Source: Tubiluchus corallicola (Eukaryota > Animalia > Priapulida). Taken from it: 64,000 bases of DNA. Positions within the stretch are counted from its first letter, which is position 1; the number at the start of each line of letters is the position of its first letter. Shown piece by piece: positions 1 to 12,200 of this stretch. Both the position numbers and the translations under genes were made by a program. Location of the stretch: assembly GCA_030141605.1 (NCBI GenBank), contig JAQGDQ010000249.1, positions 246,510 through 310,509 on the forward strand, read 5' to 3'. Below the pieces are notes generated by a model. The model had not been told where the DNA came from and ran no database searches. It saw only the letters and a list, made by a program, of their open reading frames with translations.

Positions 1-286
1 GGTTCCTGTTGTCTGGGCAACTCAGGATCTCCATACACCTTGCCCAGGCATGCGCCCTGGAGACGTTCAAGGATCGGACTGTTCAGCCACAGTCGACACT
101 GCAGCTCCATCAATGTGATCAATAACTGACTTTCTTGGCGCACATTCCATTGTCTTCCGAGACAGAAGGATGCCAACACCAAACCATTAGCATCGTTAAG
201 CGAGGACTTTACTGTACTGTCGAACTTTTTACTGAATTCCTAGCAGGTTCGCGATAATGATGCTACACCGAACTTGAAAGTCTTAC

Positions 287-3200
287 CTTGATCTTGGTTT
301 CGATGTTCTTGCATTCTCTTTCGAGAAGATCTTTGGTTCCGAAGGTCAGATAGCACAACTGAAAACAAAGGTAAACAATGAAAACACGGGTAACCAATGA
401 AAACACAGGTAACCAATGAAAACACAGGTAACCAATGAAAACAAAGGTAACCAATGAAAACACAGGTAACCAATGAAAACACAGGTAACCAATGAAAACA
501 AAGGTAACCAATGAAAACACAGGTAACCAATGAAAACAAAGGTAACCAATGAAAACAAAGGTAACCAATGAAAACACAGGCAACCAATGAAAACACAGGT
601 AACCAATGAAAACAAAGGTAACCAATGAAAACACAGGTAACCAATGAAAACAAAGGTAACCAATGAAAACACAGGTAACCAATGAAAACACAGGTAACCA
701 ATGAAAACACAGGTAATCAATGAAAACAAAGGTAACCAATGAAAACAAAGGTAACCAATGAAAACAAAGGCAACCAATGAAAACACAGGTAACCAATGAA
801 AACAAAGGTAACCAATGAAAACAAAGGTAACCAATGAAAACAAAGGTAACCAATGAAAACACAGGTAACCAATGAAAACAAAGGTAACCAATGAAAACAC
901 AGGTAACCAATGAAAACAAAGGTAACCAATGAACAACTTCTAAAATTCTTAGTACAGCCATACCTCTGTTTTCGACCATAATTCGTTCCTAAAAAGTGTT
1001 TGAAAACCGATTTGGTGGAGAACCCATAAGAAATAATGTAAAAGCAAATAATCCGTTCTCAAGCACCAAATGAGCTGTAAAGTATTACGAAATATAATGA
1101 TGCTAACATGCTTATTCAAACAGTAGATGTGATATAATTGATAAGAAAAACGTAATAGAATTACTTTGAAAGAAAAACATAATTATTCCTGCATGAAAAA
1201 CCCTTACGTGTTGGTAGCAGTGTGATAGCATATGTAGGCACGATCGGAAACGTGTGTGATTACTCTCGGGCGCGGTCGGTTACGCTCGGCTCGCCGCGCA
1301 TGCGTTCATCACGTGCTTGGCGGTTGGTCGAGTACCGCAATTGTGGTCGAGAACGGAGACAATTTCAGCTCGAATTTTCTGGTCGAAAACCGATTTGTAC
1401 GAATACGGAGACGTTCGACAACGCAAGTATGACTGTGATTATTTCAACTATTTCCACAAACACAAGAAGCGCAAACGACAAACAGGAACTTTAGAGTAAG
1501 GAACTTCGTGACAAAAAGACACGACAGGATCTCCTTTCCTCTTCTTATAAAGCATAATTTTGATTTGCTAGAAAAGAAATACGACTCACCTTGTTTATGA
1601 GTCTATTAGTGAACAACCGTGGTGCCGCCTGTCTGCTGCGATGAAAGTTTAACGTGACAAGAGCATCGACGCCCAGAGACAGATAATTGTTCATAATCAA
1701 ACCCTGGAAATGCAAAATCAGAGCGAATTAAAGCATCGACATTAAGGTACGAGACGTCAACTTACAACAACAAAACATGTTTACAACAGTCGTCGTCATC
1801 ATCAGTAGTAGAAGTAGTAGTAGTAGTAATAGTAGAAGTAGTAGTAGTAGTAGTAATAGTAGAAGTAGCATCGACATTAAGGTACGAGACGTCAACTTAC
1901 AACAACAAAACATGTTTACAACAGTCGTCGTCATCATCAGTAGTAGAAGTAGCATCGACATTAAGGAACGAGTACACGTCAACTTACAACAATGGCAAAA
2001 ATTTAAAAGGAGACATGATGATTTTTCATATACTACTCCATTTTCAAGTCTGATAAAAAGTATACATTTTGACACAATTAATACTGCAAAAATGTTTCTG
2101 ATAATTAAATAATAGATTAAAAACTTAATTAACGGTGGGCAAGCCCAACTGTTGATGACATCACAAGCTAACATAAATTTCAAGATCAAAAATATTCCAC
2201 GAGCGTGTTGCACGTGTTTGCGAAAGCAAAAATTGAAGTACAGTGCCACTGTAAGATGATATTCAGTGCGTTATACTAAAACTAGGCAAGTTTTAAGATA
2301 GAAATTCGAATTTCAAATTTCCTTCACATTTTGAGCTGTCGAACGTGTGCAGTTCGCCACAAACTAACACATATAGACTGAGAGGTACAGCACCTGTTTT
2401 TGTGCGACACGTTTCCGAAATGCAGGCTATAGTGTTTCTAACTAGCGAATGGCGAAATGCATGTAACAGCGAAGAACTAGTGGCGCGAACGTGAAATTGT
2501 GTTTGTGTGGTAATAATTCTTTCATGTAAGTCATTTTTGAAAAAACAATAAGTTTCCTTTCAATATTTTAAAGAGCAGATTGTTTTGACCTGCAGTTTAA
2601 GATTAGGTCCAGTTTTCACTTATATGTAACATCGCTGTACTACTTTGCCTGTACTACATTACAGGGATGAGAATGACAAATTACAAAAAATTCTGAAACA
2701 GGCCGGGGGTTTGGGGGCCGCAAAGCCCCCATGGGGGTTCAAGGGGGCGAAGCAACAAATTGCAATTTTGTGACCATAGAGAACCTCTAAGTGGACTTAA
2801 AATGTCAATTGCCTTGTCTCATGCATAATTTAAAATACCCAACTATCAAGGATACATGATACCTAATTGTGTCAAAAACGCCTAAGTACTGGCCGCTCCT
2901 ATGCAAAAGTATATAAAAACTGTCTGCAATTGACTCAAATAACTCCGCACAATTGATTCTATATTTTTATACATAGAGATATACACGTGGTTACACTGAT
3001 GTACGTGATGTAAACAAACTGACGGCCTGCCAACTAGCGGTCAGCTTGTGAAATAATGTACTGGGTCCGTAAAAATTTTCTCAACGAATTTACGCGATTT
3101 ACAAAAATGGCACTACTGGTCTTCCAAAAACTCGGAATTCCGCGTATCCGCGGAAAATTCTCATCCCTGCTACATTGGGTAACTAAGTAAATAGACAGAC

Positions 3201-6200
3201 TCATTTGTTTAAGTGCAGAGTATGAAATGGTGACATCGCGAAATCGAACAAAAAGAAACAACAAAAATCAGTCACAAATCACGCAGACGTAACTGCAAGA
3301 ATTGCGCACCTTTCCGGGCAACCGTAAGCCAAGATGGCGGCTGTGTCGTATCGTTACTTTCCACCTGAAAAACGAAACATAGTGTTTGCATCGCTGATCA
3401 CATGACCCGTCAGATTAGGTAGATGTTTATTTGCATCGGATTTGCCTCCTCCCGTGCTCTACCCAGGTTTCCCTGACCAAATATTGATTTTCCATGACCA
3501 AGATAAGCAGAAATTGCATTACCAGTAAACGTATTCAAACATTTTTGTGTACGGACATTCATACATATACTGATATATAACGTGTTGACACAGTTGCAGT
3601 AGTGCTAATGACATTACACTAATCACATTAAATGAACTTTCTTAATCCAATCATTATTTTTGGAACAGAAATCAAAACTGGGAGCCTGTCATAGCAAAAT
3701 TTTATTTGAACACGAATCAGTGAAAAATATGTTTACAAAAAATATCGGTTCACTTTGATTATTTTTGCAACCCTTTCCAATTTTCCTGACTTTTTACTCC
3801 ATTTTCATCATTTTCCCGGACTTTTCCATGACTTTCCAGGATAGCCTGTATTTTCAAGGATTTTCCCTGACCGTGGGAACTCTGTCTACTATTCAAGCTG
3901 ACTGAACAGGCCTAAGAATTCCTCCTTGTAGCCCACAATACAACAGCGCCACCTGTACCCATGACAGTAGGGGGAGCCCAGCATGACAGGGCAGGCCTAT
4001 GAATTCCTCCTTGTAGCACACAATACAACAGCGCCACCTGTACACATGACAGTAGGGGGAGCCCAGCATGACAGAGCAGGCCTATGAATTCCTCCTTGTA
4101 GCACACAATACAACAGCGCCACCTGTACCCATGACAGTAGGGGGAGCCCAGCATGACAGAGCAGGCCTATGATTTCCTCCTTGTAGCACGCAATACAACA
4201 GCGCCACCTGTACCCATGACAGTAAGGGGAGCCCAGCATGACAGAGCAGGCCTATGATTTCCTCCTTGTAGCACGCAATACAACAGCGCCACCTGTACCC
4301 ATGACAATAGGGGGGGCAGCATGACTGAGCAGGTCTAAGATTTCCTCCTTGTAGCACGCAATCCAACAGCGCCACCTGTACCCATGACAGTAGGGGGGGC
4401 AGCATGACTGAGCAGGTCTAAGATTTCCTCCTTGTAGCACGCAATCCAACAGCGCCACCTGTACCCATGACAATAGGGGGGGCAGCATGACTGAGCAGGT
4501 CTAAGATTTCCTCCTTGTAGCACGCAATCCAACAGCGCCACCTGTACCCATGACAATAGGGGGGGCAGCATGACTGAACAGGTCTAAGAATTCCTCCTTG
4601 TAGCACATAATACAACAGCGCCACCTGTACCCATGACAGTAGGGGGAGCCCAGCATGACTGAACAGGCCTAAGAATTCCTCCTTGCAGCACACAATACAA
4701 CAGCACCACCTGTACCCGTGACAGTAGGGGGAGCCCAGCATGACAGAACAGGCCTAAGAATTCCTCCTTGTAGCACACAATCCAACAGAGCCACCTGTAC
4801 CCATGACAGTAGGGGGAGCCCAGCATGACAGAACAGGCCTAAGAATTCCTCCTTGTAGCACACAATACAACAGCACCACCTGTACCCATGACAGTAGGGG
4901 GAGCCCAGCATGACAGAACAGGCCTATGAATTCCTCCTTGTAGCACACAATACAACAGCACCACCTGTACCCATGACAGTAGGGGGAGCCCAGCATGACT
5001 GAACAGGTCTAAGAATTCCTCCTTGTAGCACATAATACAACAGCGCCACCTGTACCCATGACAGTAGGGGGAGCCCAGCATGACTGAACAGGCCCAAGAT
5101 TTCCTCCTTGGAGCACACAATACAACAGCGCCACCTGTACCCATGACAGTAGGGAGAGCCCAGTATGACAGAACAGGCCTAAGAATTCCTCCTTGTAGCA
5201 CACAATACAACAGCGCCACCTGTACCCATGACAGTAGGGGGAGCCCAGCATGACAGAGCAGGCCTATGAATTCCTCCTTGTAGCACACAATACAACAGCG
5301 CCACCTGTACCCATGACAGTAGGGGGAGCCCAGCATGACAGAATAGGTCTAAGATTTCCTCCTTGTAGCACACAATACAACAGCGCCACCTGTACCCATG
5401 ACAGTAGGGAGATACTTTTACTATCAATACTTTCCCAAAATCATAATTAGTTAATTATTAATTCATTAATTTCTCAAATTAAATTAATTAAATTATTAAA
5501 ACTAATTAATAAAACTACAGGACTGTATGGAGAATATTTGAACAAATAAATAAGTTTGCTTGTCTTTCCTTCTCAAATACCTCCTGGAATCCGCCATTTG
5601 CTTATATACCTGTCTAGCTTGATAGGCGTGCTCTGTTCAATCCGGTCCAGGATGTCGTGCATGTCCTCTCCACAGTAACCATCGCCCCATCCTATTACTC
5701 TGGACAAGTCGTTGCCGGTGCCCAGAGGTACAACTCCGACCTGCGGTGTTGGCTGAAAAAACAAGCACAGAAATAGAGGTGTCTGGCGGTCTCGATCTAG
5801 CAACCGCCTTATCCTGAATCCCAGGGCTGGCAGGCAAAGTTTGTCCATCCCATGGAAAGTGGTAAAGGTAAAGCGGGCGTTTTGGGACTTGTTTGTGTAG
5901 AGCAGGATTTTTACGTGTAAAAAAAGTGAATTTATTAAGAAAATATTTCACGGATTCCCACTAAAGATTCCCGCCATTGTATTATCAAGAGTATGGTATC
6001 AGTTTTACTGACATTAATCTGCAATGATTCTCACCAAAGATTCCCGCTATTGTATTATCAAGAGTATGGTATCAGTTTTACCTGACATTAATCTGCAATG
6101 ATTCTCACCAAAGATTCCCGCCCTTGTGTTATCAAGAGTATGGTATCAGTTTTACTGACATTAATCTGCAATGATTCTCACCAAAGATTCCCGCCCTTGT

Positions 6201-9200
6201 GTTATCAAGAGTTTGATATCTCTAATCGAAGAAAACATGCCTCAAGTTTTAACTTATCATAACATTAACCGCACTGACCGCACAACTGCACTAATCAAAG
6301 TAAACGTACCACTAGTTTTAACTTATCATAACATTAACCGCACTGACCGCACAACAGCACTAATCAAAGTAAACGTACAACTAGTTTTAACTTATCATAA
6401 CACTAACCGCACTGACCGCACAACAGCACTAATCAAAGTAAACGTACAACTAGTTTTAACTTATCATAACACTAACCGCACTGACCGCACAACAGCACTA
6501 ATCAAAGTAAACGTACCTCAAGTTTTAACTTATCATAACATTAACCGCACTGACCACACAACTGCACTAATCAAAGTAAACGTACCACTAGTTTTAACTT
6601 ATCATAACATTAACCGCACTGACCGCACAACTGCACTAATCAAAGTAAACGTACCACTAGTTTTAACTTATCATAACATTAACCGCACTGACTGCACAAC
6701 TGCACTAACCAAAGTAAACGTACCTCAAATTTTAACTTATCATAACATTAAGCGCACAACCGCACTAACCGCACAACTGCACTAACCAAAGTAAACGTAC
6801 CTCAAGTTTTAATTTATCAATTGTTGAAAGCACCCAACCAATAGTGCCGTCCCCACCACAAACGACGACACGGCACACATGGTCACGAATCAAGTGACAC
6901 CACTCTAAGCCACATTCGGGGGGTAATTCATCCACGTCAATGACCTGTTAAAATGAAAACTGATTTTAACTACAGTCTTTTCTGCCGGTCTAGCACGAAC
7001 ATGTCTCCTACCATGCAGTGGAGGCTCGTGTATAGGTACTGTGGAACTGCAGCACCCCCTACGTTCTATCCTTATTAACGATAACATTCAATGCAATGAG
7101 TCCTTTTTCTTTAGTTATTTATACTTTTACGGAACCAGAGCACGTGAGGGTAGTACCGTTTGCTACTGAAAATTATGTTAGTTTGTGATGTCATGAATGG
7201 TTAGGCTCGTCCGCCGTTAATTAAGTTTTTGATTAAAAATTTAATTATCAGAAACGTTTTTGCAGCATTAATTGAAATCGGACTTTTTATCGGACTTAAA
7301 AGAGGGATAGTATGGGAAAAATCATCCTGTCTTCCATTAAACATCCTGATTTTAAATGTGGCACATTTGGGTACCACACCTTTTTTCTGATATGTTGTTT
7401 CATTACAATTGTATGTTTTCGTACCCAATCAACCTACATACCTGCGCAGGATTCAAAATGCCTTTGAAGAACTGTATTAGGTGTTCACACATACCTGCAC
7501 GAGATTCAAAATGCCTTTAAAGAACTGTATTAGGTGTTCACACATACCTGCGCGAGATTCAAAATGCCTTTAAAGAACTGTATTAGGTGTTCGCACATAC
7601 CTGCGCGAGATTCAAAATGCCTTTGAAGAACTGTATTAGGTGTTCGCATATACCTGCGCGAGATTCAAAATGCCCTTGAAGAACTGTATTGTGTTCGCAC
7701 ATACCTGCGCGAGATTCAAAATGTCTTTGAAGAACTGTATCAAGTGTTCGCACGTACCTGTGCGGGATTCAAAATGCCTTTGAAGAACTGTATTAGGTGT
7801 TCGCACGTACCTGTGCAGGATTCAAAATGTCTTTGAAGAACTGTATTAGGTGTTCGCACGTACCTGCGTAGGATTCAAAATGCCTTTGAAGAACTGTATT
7901 AGGTGTTCGCACGTACCTGCGTAGGATTCAAAATGTCTTTAAAAAACTGTATTAAGTGTTCGCACGTACCTGCGCAGGATTCAAAATGCCCTTGAAGAAC
8001 TGTATTGTGTTCGCATATACCGGCGCGAGATTCAAAATGCCCTTGAAGAACTGTATTGTGTTCGCACATACCTGCGCGAGATTCAAAATGTCTTTGAAGA
8101 ACTGTATCAAGTGTTCGCACGTACCTGTGCGGGATTCAAAATGCCTTTGAAGAACTGTATTAGGTGTTCGCAAGTACCTGCGCAGGATTCAAAATGCCTT
8201 TGAAGAACTGTATTAGATGTTCGCACATACCTGCGCAGGATTCAAAATGCCTTTAAAGAACTGTATTAGGTGTTTGCACGCACCTGTGCGAGATTCAAAA
8301 TGCCTTTAAAGAACTGTATTAAGTGTTCGCACGTACCTGTGCGGGATTCAAAATGCCTTTAAAGAACTGTATTAAGTGTTCGCCATCTTTATTTCCGCTT
8401 TTCTTTGTAGCAATGACAATCAACGGCCTCCACAGCGGGTCACTGCTAGGCGGCAGCACAGAATCAACCACTAGATGTTTGCGACCCTTCCAGCCCACGA
8501 GTTTCAATGTTACACAACCAGGTGGCACTATTAGGTTCTATATTAACAAGATGAAGTCTTAGATTATCATATGATAGCAAAATCGTCCATAAGTCGCCAC
8601 TTAAGCCTTTCTAGTTATTCACATAATTATCCATTTCATGAGGATCATTTTGATACCAAGTTCATCACCCTACTTTATTTCTAAGCTGAGATAATCCACG
8701 TTGAAGTTGAGGTGCAGGCTGCACACTGAAAAACATAATCTTGAGAAAATCACTGTTAAAGTCAGCCATTGTCTTTTGTTGGTTGCTACGGACTTTGCAA
8801 GAGCAAACTGTAGTTGCGTTTAAATTCAGTAGATGGCTCTTCCTGACAAAGATCTGGTCTTGGCAATAGAAAAAACCTGAAGCAAAATGGCTGCTTCCAC
8901 GAGCTACAATCAGAGTTTGAAAATACAAGTTTTTTACAATTGCAGAACTAGTTTCCAGACAGAAAACTGAGCACAGGGCTATAAAATTAACTTTTTAGTA
9001 TTTTTTAGCATTTTCTTGATAATTTGATGCTAGAATATAAAAGTCCAATATATATATATATAGCATTTGTTTTTACAAAATATGAAAAATCGACATTTGA
9101 CCAAATTTTTGGGTCATTCTACTTGGAATCATCATAACGTAGTTTTAACTATGCAGACTTGCGGACGGCTTTGGTTTGCAAGCGCGCGTACAGTAAGTAG

Positions 9201-12200
9201 CAGCAATTACTGGTATGCTATCTTATTCATTTTACATTACATTCATTTCAGTACATAACAAGTACCATAGAACTATAAACAAAGCTTAATAAACTTTTTC
9301 ACACTTACGTTGTGCCCAAGCAGACTTGTTGTAGGTCAAAGGTTAAGTGTACCACAGCAACGCGTCTTAACTACAACCGTTACGTGACATGCAAGTAAAC
9401 CAAAGCTGTCTGTCGCATCAGTTCAGTAACTTCAGTTGCTTTACGTGGACTTCACTCAATTATGCATTAGTCTGTTTGTAGAGTGATTTACATGTAGGTA
9501 AACCAAAGCTGTCTGTCGCATCAGTATAGTAACTTCAGTTGCTTTACGTGGACTTTACTAAATTATGCGTTAGTCTGTGCATAGAGTGATTTACTAGCAG
9601 GATCTTTCTTGGAAACAAGAAAAAAATGAACTAGGTAAGGTTCTAGCTAGCTGTTAAAACTGTTACTATTACAACAGCTTGGGCTGCGAGGCATTGTCAA
9701 GTGTACACAAACGCGTTGTCTGGTACAATTAACCTTTGACCTTTTCTCGATCATCATCAGTCACTGGAATTGTGAAAAAGCTTATTAAAAAATCACCGTC
9801 TGACTGATCAAAAAATCGATAAGAACACACTACGTGGTATTTGAACCAGCAGCTAAGTGAAATTGATCATTTCTTCTTCGTGGCATCAAAGCTCCACGGT
9901 AAGACGTACCTTATACTTGCCAAGGTCGCACACAGCGTTAGCGTTTTTACACTGTGAGTGCACCGTGATTTGGCACCAGCAGCATCGCCAGTCGCACAGA
10001 TCCGGCATGTCGCCGCACTGTTCCTCGCACACTGTGCACACACTGGGTAATGGTAGATTGCCGTGCACCCAGTGATGTAACAGTGGCTCCCCCACTTTCT
10101 AAAAAAAAATGAAGTATGCAGTAAAGGTGCGACTCCGTGTGTGCGTGATGTGCGATGTGTGATCCGTATTCATTCGAACTCGATCACTATCGTCCGAATA
10201 CGCATCGCGCCGCGATACGCAGATGGGAAACTGCCATTGCCTAGGTGACTATAGCGAGTTCTCAAGTTTCTTGTGACCATTTTCGCTGTTTAGCTTTCTG
10301 AAAATTCTAGTTAGAGGAGTTTTGGTCACTTTAGGGTCTGTAAACAATAATATTTTTCTATTTGAGTTTTTGAGAGGTGGACGAAGCATGTAGTTATATG
10401 TTGTGCATCTAACTGCAGTTCTTTCACTAAATAATGATACCTGCCATATTGTTCTCTCACCTGCAAAATGTTGTGCACACAAAACCTGTGCTTTCTCTTC
10501 CATCTAACAGTATAATAATAAGCAAATGCCGCAGCTTAAATTTCGACAGAGACGTGATTTCCAAAAATTATTGCTTGTAACTTTCACAAATAGCGACCAA
10601 AAATGGCGGAAAAAGAGACGTAAGCTTTGTTAATATGCATAGCGTTTACGAACACGTGGAAACGGTCAATACGCATCACACATTACGGATCACAGATCAC
10701 GCATTACAGATCAAATTCATGCATTACAGATCAAATTCACGCATTACGGATCACGGGTCATGCGTTACGGATCAAAATCACGCATTACGCATCTCAGATC
10801 ACGCATTACAAATCAAAATCACGCATTACGGATCACAGATCACGCATTACGAATCAATATCACGCATTACGCATTACGGATCACAGATCACACATTACGA
10901 ATCAAAATCACGCATTACGGATCACAGATCACGCATTACGAATTACGGATCACAGATCACGCATTACGCATTACGGATCACAGATCACGCATTACGCATC
11001 ACAGATCACGCATTACGTATTACGGATCACAGATCACGCATTACACATTACGGATCACAGATTACACATTACGGATCACAGATCACGCATTACGGATCAC
11101 AGATCACGCATTACGGATCACAGATCACGCATTACGGATCACAGATCACGCATTACGTGCACATGGAGTTGTAGCTTTAGGCACATGATGAACAAGCAAA
11201 ACGCAGTATACGTTGGTTAATCAAGCCTGGTAATTTAAGTCTTACTAACACAATTGATACCTACACACCAAATAACTGATTTACCAAAATATCATATTCA
11301 CACTGTAAATGCTCACTAAACTTAAAAACAAGACCTGCTAGATGTCTTATTGCATAGAGAGATTCTTTCAGCTGGCATGCCGCACAGAACTTTTAAATTT
11401 AAACTCCCTGATGACGATTTTAAAGACATTTGAAACAAGTTTAGATAACACTGAGTAAAGTTTCAAAAAACAATCAGAGAATTCATAGCACACTTTTCGC
11501 AACCTAAGTAAAAGTTTAAATCACTTTACCTTGTCACAAAGATCAATAGTGGTATTTTGGTGAATCACTGGTGCACACTGGGATGGCGATGCAAAAGTTT
11601 AAATCACTTTATCTTGTCACAAAGATCAATAGTGGTATTTTGGTGAATCACTGGTGCACACTGGGATGGTGATGCAATGCCATTTCACCAGGTGGTGTGA
11701 ATATTTTAGATTATTAAGAATTTTCTTTTCTAGTTACTCTAAAATTACTCTAAGATTTCCTTTTTCCCGTTAAGCATAAATCAAGATATTTGCAGTAAAA
11801 ATTATCGATACTAATTACACCACCCACCACTGATACATTACCAATCATCATTAAACTCTTACCGTACATTACCAATCATTATTAGATGCTTACCGTACAT
11901 TACCAATCATTATTAAACACTTACCGTACATTACCAATCATTATTAAATGCTTACCGTACATTACCAATCATTATTAAACGCTTACCGTACATTACCAAT
12001 CATTATTAAACGCTTACCGTACATTACCAATCATTATTAAACGCTTACCGTACATTACCAATCATTATTAAACGTTGTTTTTTTTGTTTTTTTTTTTTTT
12101 TTTTTTTTTTTTTTGTTTTTTTTGTTGTGTTTTTTTTTTTTTTTTTTGTTTTTTTTTTTTTTTTTTTTTTTTCACATTACGAATCAAAATCATAAACGCT

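Noticed and set aside
1-240. Next DGKE exon at the window edge
   Set aside because: No translation resembling the expected LELDG..LEGIIVLNI..WGGG segment was found; probably intronic repeat sequence.
240-979. Long Cys/Phe/Trp-rich ORFs on the minus strand
   Set aside because: Translations of the 19-bp minisatellite; only 287-358 is a real exon.
3912-5450. Stack of Cys-rich 80-aa ORFs and a CRISPR-like periodicity
   Set aside because: Head-to-tail 83-85-bp repeats with no unique spacers and no cas genes, in a eukaryotic intron; the true exon for this position is 3310-3364.
6171-6785. 204-aa repeat protein ORF on the plus strand
   Set aside because: Open only because the unit is 69 bp (a multiple of 3); antisense within a DGKE intron.
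10627-11220. His/Thr/Arg-rich ORFs in three frames
   Set aside because: Simple satellite with few stop codons.
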